From: Candidatus Latescibacterota bacterium
GTDB taxonomy: Bacteria; Latescibacterota; UBA2968; GCA-2709665
NCBI GenBank assembly: GCA_965226795.1
Contig: CBDDDZ010000004.1
Coordinates: forward strand, 416,001 to 480,000
Direction of reading: 5' to 3'
DNA: 64,000 nt
A program made the position numbers and the translations under genes. This document shows, in pieces, positions 9,108-18,883 of the stretch. The notes beneath the pieces were generated by a model. It ran no database searches. It was given only the letters and a program-made list of their open reading frames with translations, and had not been told where the DNA came from. Each line of letters starts with the position of its first letter. Position 1 is the stretch's first letter.

Positions 9108-11123
9108 ATGAAAAGGACCATACGAAGAACGGCGATGCTGCACTTTGAAGAGGCGAGCTTTTCCCGCGACTACGTCAAGTGGGTCGGCGAGGAGGGATTT
9201 ACGGATATCGGACTGGGGTTGAAACCGGAAGACGACAAATTCATCGGACAGGGTTACGTCTGGGAAAAGGTCAGCCAGTTGGCGGAATGGGCCGGGGAAT
9301 TCGGGCTGGGTGTCATCGTGTTTACGGGATACATGAAATACCGCGAGACGTTCCTGCGGACCCATCCCGAACGCAGCCTCGTGTGCATCGGGGGCAGCGG
9401 CACGGCCCTGGACAGCGACAAACTCGTGATGACCAGGTGGTTGTGCCCGTTCCAGCCCGAGAACAAGGCCGAATACGTGGACCTGATTCACAGAGTCATC
9501 CGGCTGTCGTCGCTTCGGGAAATCCATCTCAACGACGAGGCCGAAATCGGGTTCTCGAACGGAGACGTGGGCTGCTATTGCGACCACTGTGTCGCCGAAT
9601 ACGAACGCGATTCCGGCGAGCCGCCGCCCCGGGAGGTCGATTGGGCCTCACCATCCTGGTGGCGGTGGGTGCAGCACCGCATGGAGGCCTGGACCGCCGT
9701 TCACGCCTATTTTCGCGAGGAAATCAAGAAGGTGCGCCCCGACGTGGTCGTGGGCATCCAGCATTCGCCGAAAGTGGTGACCTTCAACGACAACCCCTGG
9801 CTGTCCGGCATCGACCTGTCTCGCGACGCGGAGGCCATGGACGTACTGTGCACCGACCCGTACCACCACATTCACTATTCCCATTTTACCTATCGTCCCA
9901 TGCGCCGCATTCAGGCGGAGGCGACGCGCGCGCTGGCCGGAGCGACCGTCGGGCGTTCCCTGTTCATCTATCCCCAGGGTTTCATGCCGCCGTCCGGAAG
10001 CCTGGAGCTGACGCGCCGGGACGGGTTCATGGCCGGGGCGGTTCCATTCGCGCTGGGCGCGGAGAATATCTCGCCCTATACGTTCGATCTTTGCCAGATT
10101 ATCCCCGGTTACTACGACGGGCTGAAGGAGGCCTCGCGGCTGATTCCCTATTTCGAGAAAACGCGGCCCTACAGCGCCGCCACGGTGATCAAACCTTCCC
10201 AGACGGAAATCTACGGGTATCCCGAAAAACACTGGGGGCGGGAGGTCCTGGCGATTTGGCCGGACGTGATGAACCAGGTCGGGCTGCCCTGGCGATGGGT
10301 TTTCGACCGGCGGCTTCCGGATGCGGACGGGGCGTTGAGCGGCCCGGTGATTCTGCCTGAGACCCACTGCCTCACACGGGAACAGCGCGGCGTACTGGAC
10401 GCGCATGCGGAGGGAGGCAACGGGCTGCTCTGGGTTGGGCGGATGCCGGCCGGGGAGTGGTCCGGCGAAGGCGCGCATCCACCCCCGCCCGGCGACGCGG
10501 CGGGGCTTTCAGAGTTGAAGCCGGTCGTTTCCGATCACCCGGTTCTCGAGGGCATCGACGCGCCCATTATGCTGGGGTCGGCGTTCCTGGAACCCGGTCT
10601 CGAAGGGGAGACGATCGCCGAAGTGGACGGGTGCCCGGCGCTTGTAGCGAGCGAATCCGCCGGTCGACGCGAGATCTGGATGGCGGGTACGCCGCTGTTC
10701 AACTACGTGGAACCCGGCGATCACGGCGCGGTCCGCACCCCCACCGATGGGATGACGCTTCTTCGGAACGCACTGGCCTGGTTGTCCGGAGAAGCTCCCG
10801 CGGCCAGGCTGTGGCCCTATCCTCCCAGGAACGACTATGGAGACCTGCGCCCCTGGGATCGGCGCGACGTGCCGACGATGGAATTGTTTCCTATGTTGGG
10901 AGACGGTTGTCTCGTCTGTCTGATTTTCAACTATCTGGGGTTGGCTTACGAGACCAACCTGGTAATGCGGGTTCCGGAAGGGGCGGCAGCCACGACACTT
11001 GTGGATATATATTCAGGCGAGGATCTGATGGCCTCCGCGGAAGTCGACGGGCAGATCGTGAGGCTGCCGGTGACGATGCCCGGCGACAGGGATTTCATGG
11101 CCGTTGAGCTGCTTTGGGAGTAG
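9108..11123 (+). CDS. GH42-like TIM-barrel glycoside hydrolase with a trimerisation/GATase-like domain (paralogue 1)
   Basis: 671 aa with HLNDE, GCYCDHC and DVLCTDPY. Collinear with 37810-39825. Confidence 0.6.
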   Translation: MKRTIRRTAMLHFEEASFSRDYVKWVGEEGFTDIGLGLKPEDDKFIGQGYVWEKVSQLAEWAGEFGLGVIVFTGYMKYRETFLRTHPERSLVCIGGSGTALDSDKLVMTRWLCPFQPENKAEYVDLIHRVIRLSSLREIHLNDEAEIGFSNGDVGCYCDHCVAEYERDSGEPPPREVDWASPSWWRWVQHRMEAWTAVHAYFREEIKKVRPDVVVGIQHSPKVVTFNDNPWLSGIDLSRDAEAMDVLCTDPYHHIHYSHFTYRPMRRIQAEATRALAGATVGRSLFIYPQGFMPPSGSLELTRRDGFMAGAVPFALGAENISPYTFDLCQIIPGYYDGLKEASRLIPYFEKTRPYSAATVIKPSQTEIYGYPEKHWGREVLAIWPDVMNQVGLPWRWVFDRRLPDADGALSGPVILPETHCLTREQRGVLDAHAEGGNGLLWVGRMPAGEWSGEGAHPPPPGDAAGLSELKPVVSDHPVLEGIDAPIMLGSAFLEPGLEGETIAEVDGCPALVASESAGRREIWMAGTPLFNYVEPGDHGAVRTPTDGMTLLRNALAWLSGEAPAARLWPYPPRNDYGDLRPWDRRDVPTMELFPMLGDGCLVCLIFNYLGLAYETNLVMRVPEGAAATTLVDIYSGEDLMASAEVDGQIVRLPVTMPGDRDFMAVELLWE

Positions 11124-11175
11124 TCGATTCCGGATGGCAACACGAAACCAGCGAACTTACCGGAGGGATCGAACG

Positions 11176-12021
11176 ATGTACGAACGAGCCGACGCGCATA
11201 TTCATCTTTTCGAGGGAGGCTACCAGGACTCCTTTATGAAGCGACTGGGCCGGCCCATCGATGAAGCCGTCGTTTACGCATCGCTGGCCAGGGATCACGG
11301 GGTGACGGCCGCGCTTGTGGTCGGGTATGCCGACGTTCCGTGGGCGGCGGGAAATACCCGCTTTCTCACACAAATGGTGGCCGAATACGACTGGGTGTAT
11401 CCCGCGGCCTATTTCAATCCCGCGGAACCGCCGACAACCGAAGCGTTGGAGCAGTTGCAGGCGAACGGATTCGTGGGTTTGAGCTTTTACATATTCGGGC
11501 GGGAACGCGTGGACGCGCTCCTCGGCATATCGGACGATGTCTGGCGATGGCTGGTTTCCAGGCATTGGCTCATAAGTGTGAATTCAAAGGGCGAGGACTG
11601 GAACGCCTGGCAGGAGGTCCTCCGGCGGCATCCGGATCTGCGCCTCGTCGTGTCCCACCTTGGCCTGCCGCCGAAGGTGGCCGAAGCGCCCGACGGCGCC
11701 GGGGCGACGGCGGCGATGGACAGCGTGCTCGCGCTGGCCGGATTTGCTCAAACGAGGGTTAAGCTGAGTGGATTTTATGCGTTGACCGATCCGGGTCACG
11801 ATTATCCGAACCGGGCGGCCTGGCCGTACGTGGAAGCCCTGCTGGATGCCTACGGCGTTGAGCGGTTGCTCTGGGCGTCGGATTATTCGCCCTGCCTGGA
11901 CTTGCTCACGTTTCCACAGACGTACGACCTGTTCAGGATGATGCCCTTCCTGACGGACGCGGATCGGGAGCGGATCGAAGGGGCCAATCTCCTGACATTG
12001 CTGAGCGAAGTCGAAGGGTAA
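11176..12021 (+). CDS. Amidohydrolase_2 family protein (sugar lactonase-like)
   Basis: DAHIH, VVSHLGLP, VKLSG and RLLWASDY. Start follows GGAGG. Confidence 0.85.
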   Translation: MYERADAHIHLFEGGYQDSFMKRLGRPIDEAVVYASLARDHGVTAALVVGYADVPWAAGNTRFLTQMVAEYDWVYPAAYFNPAEPPTTEALEQLQANGFVGLSFYIFGRERVDALLGISDDVWRWLVSRHWLISVNSKGEDWNAWQEVLRRHPDLRLVVSHLGLPPKVAEAPDGAGATAAMDSVLALAGFAQTRVKLSGFYALTDPGHDYPNRAAWPYVEALLDAYGVERLLWASDYSPCLDLLTFPQTYDLFRMMPFLTDADRERIEGANLLTLLSEVEG

Positions 12022-12099
12022 GCCGGGTGTCGAATGGTGCGGGGAACAGACGCGGCAGAATCGCGATCGGATTACGTAAGCTGCCGAGGAGGGCTTGCA

Positions 12100-13092
12100 A
12101 TGGAAAAACTGGGCGTTGGGATTGTGGGCATCGGACACGCGGGACGGGAACATTTCATGGCATTCGAGGAGAATCCCCACGCTGCAGTTCGGGCGGTCTG
12201 GGCGCCCAGCCGAAGCAGACTCGACCTTTTTCCGGGTCCGGAAGCTCTGTTTGCCTCGAGCTACGAATCGATGCTGGAATGCGACGATATCGATATCGTT
12301 TCCCTGTGCAGTCCCAACGACGCGCACGCCGAACAGGCGGTGGCGGCGCTCGAAGCCGATAAGCACGTGATCTGCGAGAAACCCCTGGCGACCACGCTGG
12401 AAGACTGCGAGCGGATCGTGCGGACGGCCGATACAAAACCCTCGCTCAAATTCATGGTGGGTCAGAGCGCGCGGTTCAATCCGATTTGCAAGACCATTAA
12501 ACGCCTGTACGACGAGGGAGAACTGGGAGAGGCCTTCTACGCGGAGGCGGACTATCTGCACAACATCGGGAAACGGATCAAGGACTGGTGGGCCGACGAC
12601 AGGAATCCGCACTTCGGACTGATGGGCGGTGGCGTACACCCCATCGATCTCCTGCGATGGATCGTGGGAGATATCGAGGAAGTATTCGCGATGTCCAACC
12701 ATAAGGTGCTCGCCGACTTCCCCCACGACGACGCTTTCCTGATGAATTTCAGGTTTGAGAACGGATGCCTGGGAAAGATGGCCGCGTTTCTGGGATGTCA
12801 GCGGCCCTACCAGTTGAATCTCGCGATTTACGGAACCAGGGGCACCGCGATCAACGACAGGTTGTATCTCAGCAAAGTCGAGGAACTGGAGGATTTTATC
12901 CGGTTGCCGATAACGATTCTCGCCGAGCACCCCACGTTCGCGGAAGAGATGGCGCATTTCGTGGATTGTATTCTGAACGATAAAAATCCGATGATCGACG
13001 TGCGTGACGGCGCTAAATCCGCGGCTACCTGTATCGCCGGAGGGGTATCCATCGAGACCGGCAAGCCAGTTCGCGTGAGAAACGCGTTTTGA
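12100..13092 (+). CDS. Gfo/Idh/MocA family oxidoreductase
   Basis: VGIGHAG, HVICEKPLA and GGGVHPID. AGGAGG RBS. Confidence 0.9.
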   Translation: MEKLGVGIVGIGHAGREHFMAFEENPHAAVRAVWAPSRSRLDLFPGPEALFASSYESMLECDDIDIVSLCSPNDAHAEQAVAALEADKHVICEKPLATTLEDCERIVRTADTKPSLKFMVGQSARFNPICKTIKRLYDEGELGEAFYAEADYLHNIGKRIKDWWADDRNPHFGLMGGGVHPIDLLRWIVGDIEEVFAMSNHKVLADFPHDDAFLMNFRFENGCLGKMAAFLGCQRPYQLNLAIYGTRGTAINDRLYLSKVEELEDFIRLPITILAEHPTFAEEMAHFVDCILNDKNPMIDVRDGAKSAATCIAGGVSIETGKPVRVRNAF

Positions 13093-13117
13093 ATACCGGT
13101 CAATTCAGGAGGATCCG

Positions 13118-13915
13118 ATGAAGCTTTCGCTGTCCGGTCGACTGATTGAAAAAACGAAACAATCCTATGCGATGACGGTGGAAGAATTCCTGCAACTTAC
13201 CGTGAAAGCGGGCTATCAGGGGGTACATTTGAGGGACGGGCAGATCGATCACCTCTTCAGGGAGGAACGCTTCGATGAACTGGAAGCCCTCTTTGTCGAA
13301 AATGAGCTGGGCTGCAGTATGCTATGGGGACGGCTGGATTCCGCTTCGTTCGACGCGGATCTGACCCGGAAGAAACTGGCGTTCCTGCGGCGGGTCGAAC
13401 TGGATCAACTGATGATCGGATATCCGACGGATATCGAATTGATCCGTGAATGGTGCGACCTGGCGGCGCGGCAGGAAATCACGCTCGTTATCGCGTGCCA
13501 CTACAGCAGCCTGTTTGAGAATATTCTTCGCGCCCGCGACTTCGTAAGGAAGGTTGACCGCCCCAATCTCGGACTGAATATCGATCCATTGAATATTCAC
13601 ATGGCAGAGCAGGATTATGGACTGGCCACCCTGGAACAGGTGAAAGACCTGTTACGGATCGTCAACATACAGGGCGGCGTATTGCACCAGGGCGATCAGA
13701 CCATCCGCCGGTATTACCTTAAGACCACTCCGAAGTTCCGCAGGGTCTACCTGTGCGACGAGGATCATCTGGACATCCCCCGGTTTATATCGGATTTGAA
13801 AACCATCGGTTACCAGGGGTATGTCAACGTCCTTGAACCGTATTCGAAAGACCACGACCTTGTGCGGGTGGCGTCGGAAACGGCGCAATTGCTGCACGGA
13901 TATATCGCCGGTTGA
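13118..13915 (+). CDS. Sugar phosphate isomerase/epimerase (xylose-isomerase-like TIM barrel)
   Basis: AGYQGVHL, VDRPNLGLNIDPLN and IGYQGYVNVLE. AGGAGG RBS. Confidence 0.75.
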   Translation: MKLSLSGRLIEKTKQSYAMTVEEFLQLTVKAGYQGVHLRDGQIDHLFREERFDELEALFVENELGCSMLWGRLDSASFDADLTRKKLAFLRRVELDQLMIGYPTDIELIREWCDLAARQEITLVIACHYSSLFENILRARDFVRKVDRPNLGLNIDPLNIHMAEQDYGLATLEQVKDLLRIVNIQGGVLHQGDQTIRRYYLKTTPKFRRVYLCDEDHLDIPRFISDLKTIGYQGYVNVLEPYSKDHDLVRVASETAQLLHGYIAG

Positions 13916-14051
13916 TTACAGGCGCCGGCATGCGGATTTCCTCACGAAAGTTTCGTCGACCGCCCGCTTTCTGAAGCGGAAACCCGTTCCTGTCGCCTGA
14001 TCGCGATCTGTGCGCGTCCGATATTTTTTTTCGAACCCGTCTGAAAACCAC

Positions 14052-14079
14052 TTGACAAACCTAATATTTATTATAAATT
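14052..14079 (+). promoter_or_regulatory. Sigma70-type promoter of the GntR-TonB receptor unit
   Basis: TTGACA (14052-14057), 16 nt spacer, TAAATT (14074-14079), in an AT-rich patch. Confidence 0.55.
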
Positions 14080-14088
14080 GCTATCATT

Positions 14089-14865
14089 ATGGTAGAAGTG
14101 ACGCGGTCCGTCAATATGGACGAATTGAAACCGGTCTCCAGGGAGACGCTGGCAGACCAGGTTGTGTTTATTTTAAAACGCTTCGTTCTGGCCGAAAAAC
14201 TGAAAAAAGGCGATAGGCTGCCGCCCGAACGTACCCTGGCAGCCAATCTGGGCGTCAGCTTTCGGGTCGTTCGCGAGGCGCTGGCCGTTCTTGTCGGTGA
14301 AGGCGCCGTTACAAGACAGCAGGGGCGCGGCACATTTGTCAGAACCGTGGACACCAACCCTCTCGAAAACGGCCATCTCGACGTTTTCCCGTCCATCTCC
14401 AACCGCACGGACATTTACGCGCTGCGCATTTCCGTCGAGATGGCGGCCGCCGGCATGGCGGCTGAAAATGCGACGGAAGAAGACCTGGCGCATCTCAAGG
14501 CCATTGCCGACTTCAAGGCGCCGGACCTCGACCAGGGTATGATGGCGTATGAAATTCGCTTTCATCGCGCCCTGTTGCGGGCAGCGCATAGCCCGACGCT
14601 GCTGCAATTCGAACACTTGATTGTCGAGGCCCTGCGACTCAAAGCGTACGACATAGACATCCCTGTTTTTGGCGAGCGACTGCTGGCACAGGATTCCGGA
14701 AGGATTGCCGTCGCCCAGCACCGGGAAATTGTCGACGCGCTCTATGCACGTGATGGCGAGAGGGCAACCGCGATTATGTATAATCAGATGACCAGTGTCC
14801 GCGCGATGATACTTGCTCTGGAGGGAAAAAACGGTCAGCCACGAAATGGAGGTGATCGCCCCTGA
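14089..14865 (+). CDS. GntR/FadR family transcriptional regulator
   Basis: GDRLPPERTLAANLGVS..VVREAL..L..QGRGTFV wHTH plus FCD domain (FHRALLRAAH). Alternative start at 14116. Confidence 0.92.
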   Translation: MVEVTRSVNMDELKPVSRETLADQVVFILKRFVLAEKLKKGDRLPPERTLAANLGVSFRVVREALAVLVGEGAVTRQQGRGTFVRTVDTNPLENGHLDVFPSISNRTDIYALRISVEMAAAGMAAENATEEDLAHLKAIADFKAPDLDQGMMAYEIRFHRALLRAAHSPTLLQFEHLIVEALRLKAYDIDIPVFGERLLAQDSGRIAVAQHREIVDALYARDGERATAIMYNQMTSVRAMILALEGKNGQPRNGGDRP

Positions 14866-14945
14866 GGATTTAAGGTACGTTTTTCAGAAAGGCACCGGGG
14901 GGTCCGGATGTCGCATGGGCATCGGAACAATTAAGGAGGTTGTAT

Positions 14946-15662
14946 ATGCGTAACGGTATGCTGGTATGTATTGCAGCGGCAATTCTGCTGTTCTCGGCAG
15001 GAGCGGTCCATGCCGACGGTATGGGCGGCAGTTGGGGCCTCGGGACGTTCCTGGATTATAACCGGTCGATCTTCAAGCTGAAAGACTGGTACGAAACCGG
15101 CCGTGGCGAGGTCGGGGTCGTGTTCACCTACGTTATGAGCCAGAGGACCAGCGTGGAGATGGAGTTTCACCGGTCCAAATTCGACAATGGAGCACTCGAG
15201 AACCGCCCGTTTACCTGGCCCGTGGACGGGAAGGACTATATGTCCCCCAATGCCGTGAGCGAGATGCGGATCAGCAGCTTCCTCGTGAATGCCGTGGTCA
15301 GGCGTGGAGGCAAGGGAATCCTGGCCAAAGAGAGCTATTCCACGTATGTGACCGTCGGCGCCGGGTTTTACGACTACAAGACGGATGTGCGCGGCCTGAT
15401 CTATCCCGGCCAGCGCGAGGCGCCAATAAACAAGGAGCTGGTGATAGACCCTTTCAGCGATTCGCGCACGGCGCTCGGGGCGAACGTGGGCGTCGGTGTC
15501 GAGGCGTTTGTGTTCGACAACATTTCGCTGGATGTACGCGCGCGATACAATCTCCTGCTTGGCGAGTTGAGGCCTATGGAGGCGTGGGACCTCGACGGCC
15601 AGACCTTTCCCATGCAGTTCCTGAATGCGCGCGGAGGCATCCGGTTTTATTTCAGGAAATAG
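14946..15662 (+). CDS. Outer-membrane beta-barrel protein (OmpA-like, 8-strand)
   Basis: Signal peptide ending AVHA, alternating beta strands, C-terminal GIRFYF. TAAGGAGG RBS. Confidence 0.75.
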   Translation: MRNGMLVCIAAAILLFSAGAVHADGMGGSWGLGTFLDYNRSIFKLKDWYETGRGEVGVVFTYVMSQRTSVEMEFHRSKFDNGALENRPFTWPVDGKDYMSPNAVSEMRISSFLVNAVVRRGGKGILAKESYSTYVTVGAGFYDYKTDVRGLIYPGQREAPINKELVIDPFSDSRTALGANVGVGVEAFVFDNISLDVRARYNLLLGELRPMEAWDLDGQTFPMQFLNARGGIRFYFRK

Positions 15663-15751
15663 CAATGCAGGCGTAACCGGTAATTGGCAGGCCGTTGGAT
15701 CTCAGTTGGAGAATCTCGCAAGCGAAATGAGTGCTGTGTAAAGGAGGAACC

Positions 15752-18700
15752 ATGAGAAGGCAAAGGTTTATGACGGGCGCTGTGGCCGTGTTGTGGTCCG
15801 TGTTTTTTGTCGCCAGCGTGGTAACGGCCGCGACAACCGGTAAAATTGTGGGCCGGGTGACCGACGAGCAAGGAGAGCCCCTGCCGGGGGCCAGCGTGGC
15901 GATCGAAGAAACGCGGCTGGGGGGAACGACCGATGCGGATGGATTCTACGTCATCGTTTCCGTAACGCCCGGCCAGTACAAATTGACGGCTTCAATGGTG
16001 GGTTATCACTCGGTAGTCAAAGAGCAGGTGGCCGTGCGGGTGGACTTCACCACGACGATAGACTTCCAGCTTAGGGAGACCGAACTGGAACTGGAAGAGA
16101 TGGTGGTGGTCGCCGAGAGGCCGGCGGTCGACCCCGACAAGACGGACAGCCGTTATGTCGTGACCGCCGAGGAGATCAAGCGAACGCCCATTTTAAGGAA
16201 CGTCACCGAGGTTCTGGAATTGGAGCCGGGCTATGCCGTTGACGGCAGCGGCGCGATCCGTGGCTGGGTTGCGAGCCACAACGTGGTCTACGTCGACGGC
16301 GTCCCGGTATCCGGCAGGGACGGACGCGGCATTGGTGGTGGATGGGGCGACGGCGGCGAGAGGCAGTGGTACGGCGTCAACCTCAAGGCGGTGCAGGAGG
16401 TCTCGGTAATCACTGGCGGTATGAACGCCGAGTACGGCAACGCGCAGGCGGGCGTCATCCGGATTGTTACGCGCGACGGCGGCGCCGACTACCACGGCGA
16501 GGGGGAATATCGTCTCACCCCGGCCGGCAAGAAGCACTGGGGTACGGACGTCTACGAGGCGCCGGAGTTGCGGGGGAACGCGAAGTGGAACGATCCGGCC
16601 TGGACTTCCGAGGTGGAACCCGAGACGGGAAATCTGGTGCACCAGCGAACCAATTATACAGACTGGAGAGGCCACTACCTCGACGGATTTTTAAGCGGCC
16701 CCCTGTTCGGGCAGGCGTCCTTCTTCGCCAGCGCCCGGCACCAGCGCGACGCCGCCGTGCTTCCCGGCCCGTGGCGCACCCGCCCGCCGAACATCCGGAC
16801 CACGGCGAAGCTGACGGTCCCCGCCGGGCTGAACATGAAACTGCGGATCGGTTGGATTTACGACTGGTCGGAGGGAATCAACAACGGACGGCTGTCCAGG
16901 TACAGCTTCCCGAACATCCTCCGAGGACCCGGGCGGGATCTCTTCATTCCCGAGGGGTCGGTCGCCGGGACGGAATCCCAGTTGGACAACATGGTCTACG
17001 GCGTTCTCACCCATACCGTCAACCCCAGGACGTTCTACGAGGTGAGCGTGTCGCGCTACCGCAGCAGGACCGACACGAGCGGCGTGGGGAATGCAACCAC
17101 GGCCGTCAGGACCGACAGCGACGGGTTTTTCTACATCGGCCGGAATGACGTTAGGGCCTTCAAGGTCGGTGAACAGAACCGATACAGCGTGAAGGCCGAT
17201 CTGTCCAGCCAGGCGACTCGCGGACACTTTGCCAAGACCGGCTTTGAGTTCATGACGTTCGAGAACTGGTGGACGTGGACCGGCATGACGCCCGGCGACG
17301 CGAAGCGGGATATCCGTTACATCGGACAGCCCGAACCCGGCGAGGCCGTGACGCCCAGGCAGTTCAGTGTCTACGTCCAGGACAAGATGGAGTTTGAGGG
17401 GTTGATCGTCAACGTCGGACTGCGCTACGACCGCATGTGGGGTCAGGACGTTCAGTTGCTCCCGACGTTCACGTCGGGATGGTACAACGCGATGGATACC
17501 TTCATCCAGGCGCCCACGGGTCCCATGCGGCCCATATCCGGATGGAGCCCCAGGCTGGGAATCTCGCACCCCATCACGGCCAGGTCCAGTATGCACTTCT
17601 TCTACGGCCGGTATATGATGCTCCCCTCCTTCCGGCACCAGTTCGGCAGCCACTGGGAGACGGCCTCGGGTCCCGTGGGGATTCCGGGTGTACCATACAG
17701 TCAGTTCAATGCCAAGGACGAAAGCTACGGCGCGAACGTCGTCAGCCCGGTCTGGGACCGGGGGCATCCGACCAACAGCTTTGAGGTGGGCACCGACTGG
17801 AACTTCGTGAGCGACTACGTGCTCTCGCTGGCCGCCTTTTACAAGAGTGGCCAGTCCCAGAGCACGGGGATTTGGCACGACGCCGTCGACCCGGTGACCG
17901 GCAGGACAGGCGCCATCGGAGGCACGTACGGTTCCGAGCGCACGGAGGACGTCAAGGGCTTCGAGTTCAGCATGAGGAAGGGATTCAGCAACTATTTCTC
18001 GTTCCGGGCCGCATTGAACCTGGAGTGGCTGGAGGCCATCCACTGGCTGGGCTCTCCCGAATCCGTCGCGAGCATCCTGGTCTATCCCGATTCCAGCTTC
18101 ATCGCCAGCGGGAAGTACCATAAGGAATGGCGGGTATCAGGCAGCCGGAGGGAGCCGGTGCCGCTCACGCCCGATGAGATCCGGGAGCTTGGCCACAAGG
18201 CCAACGAGAACCTGAGAAAGGTCAGGAACGACCGGCTTGCCTTCAATAGTAGTGGTGCCGTGCCCGACATTCTGCCAGCGTGGGAAGCTTCGGGGGTGCC
18301 GGACGAGGCGAAGGATTACCTGCAGGGCATCTGGTATCAGAAGTTCTGGTTCAGTGCTGGAAACATCTTCACGCGGGGGCGCCGGAGCCAGGGCAGCCTG
18401 CAGATGTTCTTCTCTTCCCCGCTGGACTTCGGGCCGGGTAGAAAAATGGGCGGAGCCACGCTCCTGGGCGGCATCAACATCAACCTGATCTACCGGATCT
18501 ATACGGGGAATAAGTTCAATTACCTCAACCTGGAAGGGAAGAACACACCGGTGAGGGGCCCCCTGCACACGGAAGCCGATTTGAACGTGCAGAAGCATTT
18601 CCGCCTGGGGGGCGTGAATACCGACGTGTTTGTGGAAATGTTCAACGTGTTCAACCAGAGGGACGCGGGTAGCGTCACCAATACGGACTACATGTGGTGG

Positions 18701-18820
18701 GGGCTCCAGCAGCCCAGGCCGGACGATGCGAACTACCAGGCCTATGGGGACTTACAGGACCGCTCGCGCTACATCGGCAATCCCCGGATTACCCACGTGG
18801 GGATCAGGTTGAATTTCTGA
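15752..18820 (+). CDS. TonB-dependent receptor with N-terminal carboxypeptidase-regulatory-like domain
   Basis: Signal peptide, TTGKIVGRVTD..GEPLPGA, plug ITGGMNAEYGNAQAGV, YVQDKMEFEGLIVNVGLRYD, C-terminal F. Confidence 0.92.
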   Translation: MRRQRFMTGAVAVLWSVFFVASVVTAATTGKIVGRVTDEQGEPLPGASVAIEETRLGGTTDADGFYVIVSVTPGQYKLTASMVGYHSVVKEQVAVRVDFTTTIDFQLRETELELEEMVVVAERPAVDPDKTDSRYVVTAEEIKRTPILRNVTEVLELEPGYAVDGSGAIRGWVASHNVVYVDGVPVSGRDGRGIGGGWGDGGERQWYGVNLKAVQEVSVITGGMNAEYGNAQAGVIRIVTRDGGADYHGEGEYRLTPAGKKHWGTDVYEAPELRGNAKWNDPAWTSEVEPETGNLVHQRTNYTDWRGHYLDGFLSGPLFGQASFFASARHQRDAAVLPGPWRTRPPNIRTTAKLTVPAGLNMKLRIGWIYDWSEGINNGRLSRYSFPNILRGPGRDLFIPEGSVAGTESQLDNMVYGVLTHTVNPRTFYEVSVSRYRSRTDTSGVGNATTAVRTDSDGFFYIGRNDVRAFKVGEQNRYSVKADLSSQATRGHFAKTGFEFMTFENWWTWTGMTPGDAKRDIRYIGQPEPGEAVTPRQFSVYVQDKMEFEGLIVNVGLRYDRMWGQDVQLLPTFTSGWYNAMDTFIQAPTGPMRPISGWSPRLGISHPITARSSMHFFYGRYMMLPSFRHQFGSHWETASGPVGIPGVPYSQFNAKDESYGANVVSPVWDRGHPTNSFEVGTDWNFVSDYVLSLAAFYKSGQSQSTGIWHDAVDPVTGRTGAIGGTYGSERTEDVKGFEFSMRKGFSNYFSFRAALNLEWLEAIHWLGSPESVASILVYPDSSFIASGKYHKEWRVSGSRREPVPLTPDEIRELGHKANENLRKVRNDRLAFNSSGAVPDILPAWEASGVPDEAKDYLQGIWYQKFWFSAGNIFTRGRRSQGSLQMFFSSPLDFGPGRKMGGATLLGGININLIYRIYTGNKFNYLNLEGKNTPVRGPLHTEADLNVQKHFRLGGVNTDVFVEMFNVFNQRDAGSVTNTDYMWWGLQQPRPDDANYQAYGDLQDRSRYIGNPRITHVGIRLNF

Positions 18821-18883
18821 CGCGGTTGAACCCCTCCGGTAACGGAGGGCCCAACCCTGTTGGACATCTTTGAGGAGGTCTAG

